A stretch of DNA of 64,000 bases from an uncultured delta proteobacterium (GTDB lineage Bacteria; Desulfobacterota; Desulfobacteria; Desulfobacterales; JAFDCJ01), in the NCBI GenBank assembly GCA_963769935.1, contig CAVYNY010000015.1, positions 64,001 to 128,000 on the forward strand. Direction: 5' to 3'. The position numbers and the translations under genes were made by a program. How positions within the stretch are numbered: position 1 is the stretch's first letter; every line of letters starts with the position of its first letter. A model generated the notes under the pieces. The model was not told the origin of the DNA and did no database searches. It was given only the letters and a program-made list of their open reading frames with translations. Shown here piece by piece: positions 19,968 through 30,898 of this stretch.

Positions 19968-22900
19968 ATCATTATATCGTGCCAACGTGCTCATCTGTCA
20001 CGGAACCGGATGCACGGCATCACAGGCGGAGGGTGTCCACGAAGTGTTGCAGAAAGAACTTGTGCGGCAGGGACTGGAAAACGAGATTCAGGTTATCCAG
20101 ACCGGCTGCCGCGGCTTCTGCGCCATGGGTCCGATTCTGATGATCTATCCCGAAGGCATCTTCTACTGCCAGGTCGCCCCCGCCGACGTGGCCCATCTGG
20201 TGGAAGAAACCCTGCTGAAAGGCCGTCTGGTCGAGCGCCTGCTTTACCGCGAACCGCTGGAACATAAAGCCGTTCCATACTACCAGCAAATCCCGTTTTA
20301 CACGAAGCAAAAACGAATCGCCCTGCGCAACTGCGGCCTGATCGATCCGGAAAGCATTGAAGAATACATCGCCCAGGACGGCTATGCCGCGCTGATCAAA
20401 GTGCTTTCCGGGATGACGCCCCAGATGGTGCTCGACGAAGTCAAAGCTTCGGGCCTCCGGGGGCGCGGCGGCGCCGGTTTCCCGGCCGGTCTGAAGTGGG
20501 AGTTCACCCGCCGCGCAGCCGGAGAACCCAAATATGTCATCTGCAACGCGGATGAAGGTGATCCCGGCGCTTTCATGGATCGCAGCATCATCGAGGGCGA
20601 CCCCCACAGTCTGATTGAAGGCATGACCATTGCCGCCTATGCCATCGGCGCCGCGGAGGGATATGTCTATTGCCGGGCCGAATACCCCCTGGCCATCCGG
20701 CGGCTTCAGGTGGCCATTGAGCAGGCCGAGGCGTATGGACTGATCGGCGGCAACATTATGGGCACCGACTTTGGTTTTCAGCTGCATATTAAGGAAGGCG
20801 CCGGGGCATTCGTTTGCGGAGAGGAGACGGCGCTGATCGCTTCGATCGAGGGCCGGCGGGGCGAACCCCGCCCGCGTCCGCCATTTCCGGCGGTTGCCGG
20901 TCTCTGGGGTATGCCGACCAACATCAACAATGTCAAAAGCTACGCCGTCGTGCCCCGGATCATATCGCAAGGCGCCGAGTGGTTTGCCGGCATCGGTTCG
21001 AAAAGCAGCCCGGGAACCGCTATCTTTGCGCTAACCGGCAAAGTCAAGAACACGGGCCTGGTTGAAGTGCCCATGGGCATCACCCTGGGGGAGATTATCT
21101 TCGACATCGGCGGCGGCATCCTCAAGGACAAGCAGTTCAAGGCCGTGCAGACCGGCGGACCTCTGGGGGGCTGCATCCCGCCGCAGCATCTCAATGTCAA
21201 GGTTGATTTTGACTCCCTCAAAGAAGTCGGGGCGGTAATGGGCTCCGGCGGCATGATCGTGGTGGATGAAGACACCTGCATGGTGGAATTTGCCAGGTTC
21301 TTCTTGACCTTTGCCACCGCGGAAAGCTGCGGCAAGTGCATCCCCTGTCGATCCGGCGGCAAACGCATGCTGGAGATTTTAAACCGCATCTGCCGGGGGC
21401 AGGGCCAACGGCAGGACCTCGACAAAATCCGCGCGTTGGCAGCCGGCATGGAATCAAGCTCCCTTTGCGCGTTGGGGCAGTTGACGCCCGGTCCCGTGAT
21501 GGCGGCCCTGCGCTATTTCGAGGATGAATTTGTGGCCCATATAGAGGATCGGCGCTGTCCGGCCGGATCCTGCAAAGAGTTGGTGCCGGCGCGCTGCTTG
21601 AATGCCTGCCCGGCAGGCGTGGATGTGCCGGCTTACATCAGCCTCGCGGCCCAGGGACGGTATGCCGAAGCCCTGGAGATTCACCGTGAACGCAATCCCT
21701 TCGCCATGGTCTGCGGACGTGTCTGTCCGGCATTCTGCGAGCAGCGCTGCCGCCGCAGCGATATTGACGAGCCGGTGGCGATTCGTGCCGTCAAACGCTT
21801 CATGGCCGATCACGAAGCCGGCCATCCCTGGACGCCGCCCAAAGCAGGCCCCGGACGGCCTGAAAAGATCGCCGTCATCGGCGCGGGTCCCGGCGGTCTG
21901 ACCGCGGCGCTGCGCCTGGCGCAAAAGGGGTATCCGGTGACGGTTTACGAGGCCCTGCCCGTTCCCGGCGGCATGCTGGCGGTAGGGATCCCGGCGTATC
22001 GGCTGCCGCGGGCGATTCTCAATCAGGAGATCGAAAGCATCAAGCGCGCCGGGGTCGACATCGTCTGCAACCGGACCCTCGGCCGCGACTTTGAGCCTGG
22101 ACGATCTTTTCGATCGCATGGGATACGCATCCGTGGTTTTGGCCATCGGTGCACATAAGGGTTTGCGGATGGGAATTAAAGGCGAAAACCTGCCGGGGGT
22201 CTATGACGGGGTCGAGTACCTGCGAAACTGCGCCCTGGGAAAGGCACCTGAGTTCAGCGCCCAAAAAGTGGCCGTCGTCGGCGGCGGCAACGTCGCCATT
22301 GATGCCGCACGCACCGCCTGGCGCCAGGGCGCCGCCCAGGTGGATGTCATTTACCGCCGCACCCGCCGGGACATGCCCGCCTATCGCGAGGAAATCGAAG
22401 CCGCCGAGCAGGAAGGCATCATATTTCATTATCTGGCGGCGCCGATTCGCGTTTTAGGTGACGAGCGCGTTGCGGGCCTCGAAATACAGAACCAACAGCT
22501 GTCGGAGTTTGACGCCAGCGGCCGGCGGCGCCCGATACCGATTGAGGCCTCCACCTTCACTCTGAAAATCGAAGCGCTCATCCAGGCGATCGGACAGCAG
22601 CCGGATCTGCAAGGCATCGCGGAAGCAGCGCTGGAAACCAACCGCAACGCCACAATTCGGGTGGGCCAAGATCTGGCAACCTCCCGCCGCGGCGTTTTCG
22701 CCGTCGGGGACGCGGTTTCCGGCCCGGCTTCAGTGATTGAAGCCGTGGCCCATGGCAACCGGGCGGCAGAGGCGGTCGATCATTTCCTGCGTACCGGAAC
22801 GACGGCAAAATTGGACGCTGCATTAGATGTGCATCTTCCCGAGCTCACCTGGAACATGCAGGACTACAGTCACGCGGCCCGCATCCAGCCCGGCCAATTG

Positions 22901-23056
22901 GCCCTGTCCGAGCGAAGCGGCAGCTTCCGCGAAGTAGAGCTGCCGGTTGCGGAAGAAAAAATTTGCGAAGAGGCCAAACGCTGTTTGCGCTGCGATCTGG
23001 AATGGCAGGCCGGCCGGGCCGGTGTAGCCGAAGAGAAAGGCGTCCGAGCGGCTTAG
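19960..23056 (+). CDS. NuoF/HydB-like NADH/FMN subunit fused to a GltD-like FAD/NADPH oxidoreductase domain (one-base frameshift near 22091)
   Basis: GLRGRGGAGFP, NADEGDPGAFMDR, SCGKCIPCR; then CLNACPAG, CGRVCPAFCEQRC, GAGPGG; second frame GGGNVAIDAAR, IYRRT, FAVGDAVSGP, EAKRCLRC. Confidence 0.88.
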
Positions 23057-23130
23057 CGTCAAATGCTGTATTCCTTAAATTGGTTAAAAAAAGTGAAAGC
23101 GGACAACTAAACTATATGTGAGTCTTGGAA

Positions 23131-23365
23131 AAAAATTACAAGCACCAAACAACAAATAACAAACAATATTTAAATTCCAAACTCCAATGACCCAAACGGG
23201 TTTTTACGTGCGGCAAAGTAATTCCTTTGGTCTCGACTCAGGCAAAAGGAAGCTAATCAGAAATGGTCGAATCGACCTGATTAGCCTATGTTTAGGATTT
23301 CTTTCGAATTTGAAGTTTGTGATCTGAGATTTATTTGGAATTTGGAATTTGAGATTTGGAATTTT
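23131..23365. repeat. Inverted heptamer-array element inside the hydrogenase operon
   Basis: aaattacaagcaccaaacaacaaataacaaac..aaattccaaactccaa versus ttgtgatctgagatttatttggaatttggaatttgagatttggaattt. Confidence 0.75.
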
Positions 23366-23442
23366 CTGGCGAACATACAGGATGCGCGTCAAGACCTAAA
23401 GAGCAAACGACATCAACACACGGAAAGCACAGGAGGATAGCC

Positions 23443-25251
23443 ATGTCGTCCCTCAACATTACCATCAACGGCCAGGAAATTACCGCCGTCGGCGGCCAGA
23501 CGGTGCTTGAAGCGGCAACCGCTGCTGGAATCGAGATCCCTACCCTTTGCCACCATCCCGCACTGAAGCCCGTCGGGGCATGCCGGGTATGCCTGGTGGA
23601 GGTGAAAGGTCAACGAGGTCTGCAACCGGCCTGCACATTTCCAATCGCACCGCGCATGATCATTGAAACTGAAACGCCGAAAGTGGTTGAAGCCAGAAAG
23701 TTTGTATTGCAACTCATCTTCTCCGAGCGCAATCATTTCTGTATGTTCTGTGAAATGAGCGGCGACTGTGAACTCCAGCAATTGGGATACCGCTACGGGC
23801 TGGATCACTGGATGTATCCGACCTACACCCAGAAGTTCCCGGTCGATGCCTCCCTGCCTGACTTTTTGCTGGATCATAACCGCTGTGTCCTCTGCCGCAG
23901 GTGCATCCGGGCCTGCAGCGAACTGGCGGCCAACCACACGCTGGATCTGCGTCAGCGCGGCGCCCTTACCATGCTCACAGCGGATATGAATGACTGCCTG
24001 GCGCAATCTTCCTGCATCTCCTGCGGCGTCTGTTTGGATGTGTGTCCGACCGGAGCTCTGGTCGACAAGCGCAGCGCCTTCGCCGGTCGGGATTGCAATA
24101 GCGAACATATTGCCGGCATCTGCAGCCAGTGCAGTCTCGGCTGCGGCCTGGAGATGGTTGTCCGGGCCGGCAATATCCTGCGTATCGGCGGGCGGTGGGA
24201 CGCGCCCGTCAACGGGGGGGTGCTTTGCAGGAAAGGCCGTTTCCAGGCGCTCGACGAAAGCCGCCCGCGAATTCTTTCTCCGTTAAAGCGCTCAAACGGC
24301 CAACAGCTGCCGATTGACTGGGAAAGCGGCCTGCAGCTGGCGGCCGAGCGCATCGCCGCGGTCGCGCCGCAGCATCTGGGCCTGTTGACCACCACCCGGA
24401 CGACCAATGAAGCGCTGAATCTTTTAAGTAATTTATTCAGCCGTCGACTGAAGACCCGGCAGTCGAACCTCTTGAACCCGGTTGTCCCAAGCTTCCCGTC
24501 CCTGGCGCAAGGATCCCTGGCCGATCTGTCGCGCAGCGACTGCATTCTGCTGACCGGAACCGATCCGGCCGTTTCCCATCCGGTGGCCGCAATGCTGATC
24601 AAGCGTGCCGTGGATCGCGGCTGCCGACTCATCGCGATCGAAGATCAGGAGACCGGCCTGGATGCGCATGCCGATCAGGTTTTGAAGACCGGCGAAGTGA
24701 ATCAGGCGGTCCGTTGGGCCCGTCGCGCGCAATTTCCGGCGGTGGTATATGGAGACAGCGTCTTAAAGAAAACTCTCAGAATGCTTCAGCAGCTGGACAA
24801 CGCCGTGTTTATTGCCCTGCAGCCCGGGGTCAACACCTATGCGGCCGTATCGCTCGGTTTGAACCAGCGCGTCGATTTTACCGACCTGGCGGTGCTTTAC
24901 GTACTGGCCGGCGAGCAGGACGAAGGGCTGGATGAGGTCGCCGCTAAAATTTCCGCTGAGACCTTTGTGGTGGTCCAGACCTGTTACGCTTCGGTGCTGA
25001 CCGAACGGGCGGATGTGGTTCTGCCCATGGCCGCCTGGCCGGAGAGATCCGGAAGCCTGACCACCACCGAGGGGACAGTCCAGAAAACTCTCGCGGCCCG
25101 AACCCCGCGCGGAGACTCCAAACCGGACTGGGAAATTCTGCAGCTGCTGGCCGAAAAATTGGGCACGCAACCGCAGGTTTCAATCGATGACATGGCGTCC
25201 TTTACGGAGCGAACATTTTTGAGAAAGGAGAATCCAACATGGCCAAGGTAA
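23443..25251 (+). CDS. NuoG/HoxU/HydA-like Fe-S subunit with molybdopterin-oxidoreductase-like domain
   Basis: IPTLC..GACRVC, RNHFCMFC, CVLCRRCIRAC, CISCGVCLDVCP, CSQCSLGC..C; ADVVLP..PERSGS; no H-cluster motifs. Confidence 0.9.
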   Translation: MSSLNITINGQEITAVGGQTVLEAATAAGIEIPTLCHHPALKPVGACRVCLVEVKGQRGLQPACTFPIAPRMIIETETPKVVEARKFVLQLIFSERNHFCMFCEMSGDCELQQLGYRYGLDHWMYPTYTQKFPVDASLPDFLLDHNRCVLCRRCIRACSELAANHTLDLRQRGALTMLTADMNDCLAQSSCISCGVCLDVCPTGALVDKRSAFAGRDCNSEHIAGICSQCSLGCGLEMVVRAGNILRIGGRWDAPVNGGVLCRKGRFQALDESRPRILSPLKRSNGQQLPIDWESGLQLAAERIAAVAPQHLGLLTTTRTTNEALNLLSNLFSRRLKTRQSNLLNPVVPSFPSLAQGSLADLSRSDCILLTGTDPAVSHPVAAMLIKRAVDRGCRLIAIEDQETGLDAHADQVLKTGEVNQAVRWARRAQFPAVVYGDSVLKKTLRMLQQLDNAVFIALQPGVNTYAAVSLGLNQRVDFTDLAVLYVLAGEQDEGLDEVAAKISAETFVVVQTCYASVLTERADVVLPMAAWPERSGSLTTTEGTVQKTLAARTPRGDSKPDWEILQLLAEKLGTQPQVSIDDMASFTERTFLRKENPTWPR

Positions 25252-25784
25252 CCATTGCAACCGACTGGCTGGCCGCCTGCGCGGGCTGCCACATGTCCCT
25301 GCTGGACATCGATGAACGCATCGTGCCCCTGCTGGAAGCGGTGGAGTTCACCTCCAGCCCGTTGACCGACCTGAAACACCCGCCGGCCGGCGGTGTTACG
25401 GTGGGAATTCTGACCGGCGCCATCAGCAATACGCACAACGTCGAGGTTGCCCATCGAATGCGTGATCGGTGCAAGATTCTTGTCGCTGTGGGCGATTGCG
25501 CCACCTTCGGCGGCATTGTCGCCTGCCGCAACCTGGTGGGGACCGAAGCTGCGTTGCAGCGGGCTTACCTGGAAACAGAAAGCACCGTGGACGGAATAAT
25601 TCCCGATTCTCCGGAGCTCGGTACGCCGCTGCCGCTTGTGACCGGCATTGCCGATACGGTGGCCGTCGATGTCTTTGTGCCGGGCTGCCCGCCCCGGGCC
25701 GACGACCTGTATTTCGTCATCGACGAACTGCTGGCCGGACGTGTTCCGGTGGTATTGCCGGCGCAACATCTCAAGTACGACTGA
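25239..25784 (+). CDS. hoxY: [NiFe]-hydrogenase small subunit (HoxY/HydS-like, single 4Fe-4S)
   Basis: WLAACAGCHMS, AVGDCA, VPGCPP. Confidence 0.9.
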   Translation: MAKVTIATDWLAACAGCHMSLLDIDERIVPLLEAVEFTSSPLTDLKHPPAGGVTVGILTGAISNTHNVEVAHRMRDRCKILVAVGDCATFGGIVACRNLVGTEAALQRAYLETESTVDGIIPDSPELGTPLPLVTGIADTVAVDVFVPGCPPRADDLYFVIDELLAGRVPVVLPAQHLKYD

Positions 25785-25800
25785 TGCAAGGAGAACAGCT

Positions 25801-27228
25801 ATGAATGCGCGCAAAATTACGATTGAGCCTGTTACACGGATTGAAGGTCATGCGCGGGTCACCATCCATTTGAACCCGGAAGGCGGAGTTGATCGGACCT
25901 ATTTCCACGTGGATGAGTTCCGCGGCCTCGAGAAATTCAGCGAAGGCCGGCCGTATTTCGAAATGCCCCAGATCACCCAGCGCATCTGCGGCATTTGTCC
26001 GGTCAGCCACCACCTGGCTTCGGTCAAGGCCTGCGATGCCATTCTAGGCGCTGAACCGCCGCGGCCGGCCAGGCTTCTGCGGGAGTTGATGCATATGGCC
26101 CAGTTCGTTCAGTCCCACGGCATGCACTTCTTCCATCTGGCGGCCCCGGACCTGCTGTTGGGGTTTGATGCCGATCCGGCGGAGCGCAATGTGTTCGGCA
26201 TCATCAAGGCCAATCCGCAACTGGCCCTGAAGGCGGTCCACCTCAGACGCTTCGGCCAGCAAATCATTGAAATTCTCGGCGGCAAGCGCGTCCATCCGAA
26301 TTTTGCAGTTCCCGGCGGCGTCAATGCACCGCTGGCACTCAAGGATCGCGACACTATCGCCGCGGAACGTGATCAGCAACTCGCTTTTGCGAGGGAAGCC
26401 GTGGACCTCATCAAACATTGGCTCCACGGGCACAACGAACTGGCCTTAAGCTTTGCCGCCTTTCCCTCCAACTACATGGGGCTGGTGGATGCGCAGGGAG
26501 CACTGCAGCTGTACGACGGCCGGATCCGCATCCGGGATGCCCGCGGTGATCTGCTGACTCAATTCGCACCGCCGGCCTACCTGGAAAATATTGCCGAACA
26601 CGTGGAACCGTGGTCTTTTCTGAAGTTCCCCTACTACCGCAAGCAGGGATGGCCTCAGGGCGCATATCGCGTCGGTCCGCTGGGACGTCTGAACGCCGTG
26701 GATAAAATGGGCACCCCTCTGGCCGACGAGGAACTGGTCGAGTTCAGGCGGTCGGCGGTCGGCCAACCGGTCGAAGGCTCCCTTTTTTACCACTATGCCC
26801 GCATGATCGAATTGCTCTTTGCCCTGGAAACCATGGGCCGCCTGCTGGATGACCGTGACATTTTGTCAACCGAAATCCGGACGTCCGGATCACGACAGCT
26901 GAATCCAAGAGGAATCGGAGTTATCGAGGCACCCCGCGGAACCCTGATTCACGATTACACGGTCGATGAAAACGGCCTGCTTGCCCGCGTCAACCTTATT
27001 GTGGCCACCGGCCACAACAACTGGGCCATGAATCAGGCCGTGGCAACCGTGGCAAAAGCCTATATCAACGGCAGCCAACCAACCGAAGGGATCCTGAACC
27101 GGGTGGAAGCCTCGATCCGGTGCTATGACCCCTGTTTATCGTGTTCAACCCATGCCATCGGCCGGATGCCGCTCGAGGTGGTGGTGATGGGAACCGACGG
27201 AACCATTTTGCGGCAAATGGCCCGCTGA
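25801..27228 (+). CDS. hoxH: [NiFe]-hydrogenase large subunit (group 3, HoxH/HydL-like)
   Basis: [17 protein letters not shown] (L1), [17 protein letters not shown] (L2) plus a cleavable C-terminal extension. Confidence 0.94.
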   Translation: MNARKITIEPVTRIEGHARVTIHLNPEGGVDRTYFHVDEFRGLEKFSEGRPYFEMPQITQRICGICPVSHHLASVKACDAILGAEPPRPARLLRELMHMAQFVQSHGMHFFHLAAPDLLLGFDADPAERNVFGIIKANPQLALKAVHLRRFGQQIIEILGGKRVHPNFAVPGGVNAPLALKDRDTIAAERDQQLAFAREAVDLIKHWLHGHNELALSFAAFPSNYMGLVDAQGALQLYDGRIRIRDARGDLLTQFAPPAYLENIAEHVEPWSFLKFPYYRKQGWPQGAYRVGPLGRLNAVDKMGTPLADEELVEFRRSAVGQPVEGSLFYHYARMIELLFALETMGRLLDDRDILSTEIRTSGSRQLNPRGIGVIEAPRGTLIHDYTVDENGLLARVNLIVATGHNNWAMNQAVATVAKAYINGSQPTEGILNRVEASIRCYDPCLSCSTHAIGRMPLEVVVMGTDGTILRQMAR

Positions 27229-27236
27229 CCGATGAG

Positions 27237-27803
27237 ATGAAAACCATGGTCCACAATCTGGTCATCGGCTACGGAAATTTGGAACGGCAGGACGACGGGG
27301 TCGGCTTTCACGTCGTCAACCGGCTGCGGCGGCACCTGGCGCAAAAGCCCCTGGCTTGGGACGATGACGGAATGTCCCGGCTCGGCGGCGGCACGGATTC
27401 CGTCTTTATCCGGCAATTGGTGCCGGAGTTGATCGAGACGATTGTCCACTATGACCGGGTGATTTTCGTAGATGCGCATGTACCGGCCGACAGGCCGAAT
27501 CTGGTGTGCACGCGCCTTTATCCGGGGGATGGCCTGGCGCTTTTCAGCCACCACATGCATCCGGCAATGCTGCTTGGGATCCTGCAGGCCGTATGGGATC
27601 GGGAACCGGTCGGCCATCTGCTCTCGATTCAGGGGTCTCGGTTCGACTTGGGCCGAAGGCTCTCCGCCGGGACTGCAGCCCTTGTGGCGCCGGCAACCGC
27701 AATGATTTTAGAAATGTTCGACACGCTGCCGGACCCCGGCCGTCGGCAGCCGGTCGAAAATCAGCGCATCCCAAAACCGGCTGAGTACAGAACCCCGTCA
27801 TAG
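27237..27803 (+). CDS. Hydrogenase maturation endopeptidase
   Basis: VIGYGNLERQDDGVG, QLVPEL, VIFVDA, SHH. Confidence 0.9.
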   Translation: MKTMVHNLVIGYGNLERQDDGVGFHVVNRLRRHLAQKPLAWDDDGMSRLGGGTDSVFIRQLVPELIETIVHYDRVIFVDAHVPADRPNLVCTRLYPGDGLALFSHHMHPAMLLGILQAVWDREPVGHLLSIQGSRFDLGRRLSAGTAALVAPATAMILEMFDTLPDPGRRQPVENQRIPKPAEYRTPS

Positions 27804-27877
27804 AGGCTGAAGCTTTGACTTCACCCCTCAGGAGAGGTCTTTGCCGGAAGATAAACCATGGAATAAAGGAGGATACC

Positions 27878-28630
27878 ATGCAAGTCAGTGTCCAGCAAAC
27901 CACCTATGTGCCGGGCACCTATGCCCGCAAACGTCCCGGCGCCGCCCAGACGGCCCAGCAATATATCCGGGAGTGGGAGCAAAAACGACTCAAAGCCGGC
28001 GAACCCAAGGCCGTTCCGGCCGAAATTCCACCGGCCATTTGTTTCTCGCGCAAAATCGGCGTCGGAGCCCTGGAAGTGGCCGATATTCTGGCGCAAAAAA
28101 TTAAATTCCGGGTTGCGGACCGGGAAATACTGGAAACCATCGCCACCGATAATAAGCTGGCCGCCAAAACCGTGGCATTTTTCGATGAGCGCTATCCCGG
28201 AAAAATGGTTGAATTAACCACCATGCTTTTCGGTGAAAAATCTTTTATCATGAGCGACTACATCCGCAAAATTATAAGCGCGGTCTTTGCCATGGCCGAA
28301 ACGGGTTCAACCATATTCGTCGGAAGGGGTGTGCATCTTTTGCTGCCGCGTGAGCGGGTTCTGGCAGTTCGATTTATCAGTTCAGACGACCACCGGATAG
28401 ACCGTCTGTCCCGGGTCCTGGGCATCGACCCCCAAGCGGCGGCCGGCGTGCTTAAAAAATCGGACAAGGAACAAAAGGAGTTTTTCAAAAAGGCCTTCGG
28501 CCGCAAAGAGGCCACCCCTTATGAATTCGATCTGCTCATCAACTTCGATTACCTCAAAAAGCCGGCGTCTGCTGCCGCGGTTGTCGCTGCCGCCTTCAGA
28601 GAAAAATTTAAAAGTCGGTCCGGGGGTTAA
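27878..28630 (+). CDS. Cytidylate kinase-like family protein
   Basis: ICFSRKIGVGA, IFVGRG, FDLLIN; AAGGAGG RBS. Confidence 0.85.
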   Translation: MQVSVQQTTYVPGTYARKRPGAAQTAQQYIREWEQKRLKAGEPKAVPAEIPPAICFSRKIGVGALEVADILAQKIKFRVADREILETIATDNKLAAKTVAFFDERYPGKMVELTTMLFGEKSFIMSDYIRKIISAVFAMAETGSTIFVGRGVHLLLPRERVLAVRFISSDDHRIDRLSRVLGIDPQAAAGVLKKSDKEQKEFFKKAFGRKEATPYEFDLLINFDYLKKPASAAAVVAAAFREKFKSRSGG

Positions 28631-28664
28631 AAACTTGAATGGCGAACAACAATTGGATTAAACG

Positions 28665-29687
28665 CTAGGACGCCCCGCTGCCGATATATTTCTGGACCAG
28701 ATTTTTCCAGGGCCAGCCATTGGCCTGATAAAAGTTTATCACCATCACCAGAATAAGTATCAGGCCCCAGATAAACTTTTTGACAAACGGGTTATAGCCG
28801 AGAATATTCAGTCCGCTTTGCAGAACCTGCAGGATAACGATGGCCATAAACATTCCCAGGACACTGCCGCGACCGCCATCCGGGTTGGTGCCGCCCAGGA
28901 TGGCGATTAAAACCCCTAGCAGCAGATACGCATATCCATACCCCGGTCTCATCGAGTTTACGCGCGAAATAATGATAATGGCCGAGACTCCGGCCAAAAG
29001 GCCCGATAAAAGATAGGTCTTGATCAGCACCATATTGTTATTGATTCCGGAAAATCGGGTAACCAGGGGGCTGGATCCCAACATGTACATTTTAAAGCCC
29101 TGCGAACTCTTCCTCAGCATGAGGGCTACGAGAACGGCGACAACGATGAAAATAATCAAGGGCATCGGCATTTTCAGAATTACCCCGCTGCCGATGAATA
29201 GAAACTCTTCCGGGAACCCTCGAAGGCCGTGTCCTTCGGTAAATATAATGGCAAGTCCAATAAACAGGCCGTTGGTGCCCAGGGTGGCGATGATGGCCGG
29301 CACACCGAGTGCCGTTATGACAACTCCATTTATTAAACCGCAAATCAGGGAAACCGCCAGGGCCAAAAGGATTGCAAGAAAAATTATGGCTATCGGCGAA
29401 ATTCCAAAGGCCTGCGCTTTGACATGACTTGCCAGAACCATGGCCCCCGCCACGCCGCTCAGATTGGCAATTGACACAACTGAAAGATCGATGCCGCCGG
29501 TAATCATGGACAGCATGACCCCCAAAGCAAGCAGTCCATACTCCGGAAATTGGCTCGCCATGGATTGAAAGTTGACGATCGTCAAAAACTTATCCGGTAA
29601 AAATATCGACATGGCAAAAATCGTGGCAATCATGATCACAAGCAGGGTCAGGTTATCCGACTTGCCAATTTTGAATTTTCCAGTCAA
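28665..29687 (-). CDS. Sugar ABC transporter permease (RbsC family)
   Basis: GGIDLSV, IIATLGT, AILGG. Confidence 0.92.
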   Translation of the reverse strand: MTGKFKIGKSDNLTLLVIMIATIFAMSIFLPDKFLTIVNFQSMASQFPEYGLLALGVMLSMITGGIDLSVVSIANLSGVAGAMVLASHVKAQAFGISPIAIIFLAILLALAVSLICGLINGVVITALGVPAIIATLGTNGLFIGLAIIFTEGHGLRGFPEEFLFIGSGVILKMPMPLIIFIVVAVLVALMLRKSSQGFKMYMLGSSPLVTRFSGINNNMVLIKTYLLSGLLAGVSAIIIISRVNSMRPGYGYAYLLLGVLIAILGGTNPDGGRGSVLGMFMAIVILQVLQSGLNILGYNPFVKKFIWGLILILVMVINFYQANGWPWKNLVQKYIGSGAS

Positions 29688-29764
29688 CGCTCGCTCCCAC
29701 CCCGATCAGGTTAACGATCAATCGGGAAATTAAAAATAAGAAGGACAGCTTTCACCTCAAGCTA

Positions 29765-30772
29765 CTAGTCGGCAAAGGAAAGGCTTCTTTTTCCCTGCAG
29801 CTTGCTTTGATAATGGGTGATGCCGACGCCGAGTACAATAATCAATCCCGTGAAAAACTCGTGCCAGTACGAAGACAGACCGATCAGGACAAGATTTTTC
29901 TCCAGAATAACCATCATGATGACGCCCAGCAGGGTACCGATCAGTGTACCGCTACCGCCGGTAATCCTGGAGCCGCCGATCACGACCGCGGCGATGACTT
30001 TCAAAAGTTCGGTATCGACGATATAATTTGGATTGCTGTAACGGATTAATGAAAGATGCATTACGCCCATAATCCCGGAGAGAAATCCGATATAGCTGTA
30101 AACGAAAAACTGCGTTCGGTTGATATGGATTCCCGCTCGCTTGGATGACTCATAGCTTCCGCCGATGGCGTAAATCGACTTGCCCAGCAGGGTGTGATTG
30201 AGTATCAGCCAGGTCATTAAAAAGGCGCAGGCCAGCAAAACAGCAAATATCGACAAACCGTAAGTGGTCCCGTCGGCCCGCGCCAGGGTGAGCACCTGCA
30301 AGTGGCCGAAGGCTTTGAAACAATCGGGCAGCTGGCCTGTATTGATTGCCCTGGTGCCGACAAAGACCAGCAGGGCACCGTGAAAAATATTGGCGGTACC
30401 CAGGGTTACAATCAGGGCCGGCATTCTGAACTTGCTGATAAAGAAGGCGTTGATGGCACCCATGGCGGTCCCGACAGCACAAGAGATCAGAAAAGCCAGC
30501 AGCAGATTGTCTATCCCCAGTGCGATGAGGGAGTTAACGGCGATGTACTGCCCTGAAATTGCAATCGCGGGAAAGGATATGTCGATGCCGCCCGCCAGCA
30601 GCCCCACAAAAAACGCAATCGCCAGGATCGCCATCCCCGAACTGCTTCTTATCAGATCGAACATGTTCTCCACGGTGAGAAATGTAGGATTGAACATGGT
30701 GACAAAAAAACTGAAGGCCATGATGACGAAAAATAGGTAGGTTTCATTTCTTTTTAACAGCTTTGCGAACAT
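29765..30772 (-). CDS. Sugar ABC transporter permease (RbsC family)
   Basis: GGIDISF, IVTLGT, IAAVVIGG. Confidence 0.92.
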   Translation of the reverse strand: MFAKLLKRNETYLFFVIMAFSFFVTMFNPTFLTVENMFDLIRSSSGMAILAIAFFVGLLAGGIDISFPAIAISGQYIAVNSLIALGIDNLLLAFLISCAVGTAMGAINAFFISKFRMPALIVTLGTANIFHGALLVFVGTRAINTGQLPDCFKAFGHLQVLTLARADGTTYGLSIFAVLLACAFLMTWLILNHTLLGKSIYAIGGSYESSKRAGIHINRTQFFVYSYIGFLSGIMGVMHLSLIRYSNPNYIVDTELLKVIAAVVIGGSRITGGSGTLIGTLLGVIMMVILEKNLVLIGLSSYWHEFFTGLIIVLGVGITHYQSKLQGKRSLSFAD

Positions 30773-30898
30773 TTAACTCACCGATTCCATTTTCATAGGA
30801 CCTGTCCTTAAATTTCCCGCCGCCCCAGGCCCTATTCCGCCGAATCCTTTCTGCCGGCGCCGGTCATTTGGAGGCCGGCCCAAGGATTAAGTTTTTCG

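Noticed and set aside
23443..25251. Formate dehydrogenase alpha or [FeFe]-hydrogenase call
   Set aside because: No H-cluster motifs and no recognisable Mo-ligand Cys/Sec-His motif or C-terminal molydop-binding domain; context is a NiFe operon
27121..27153. Possible [NiFeSe] hydrogenase
   Set aside because: The L2 motif DPCLSC uses Cys codons; there is no in-frame TGA
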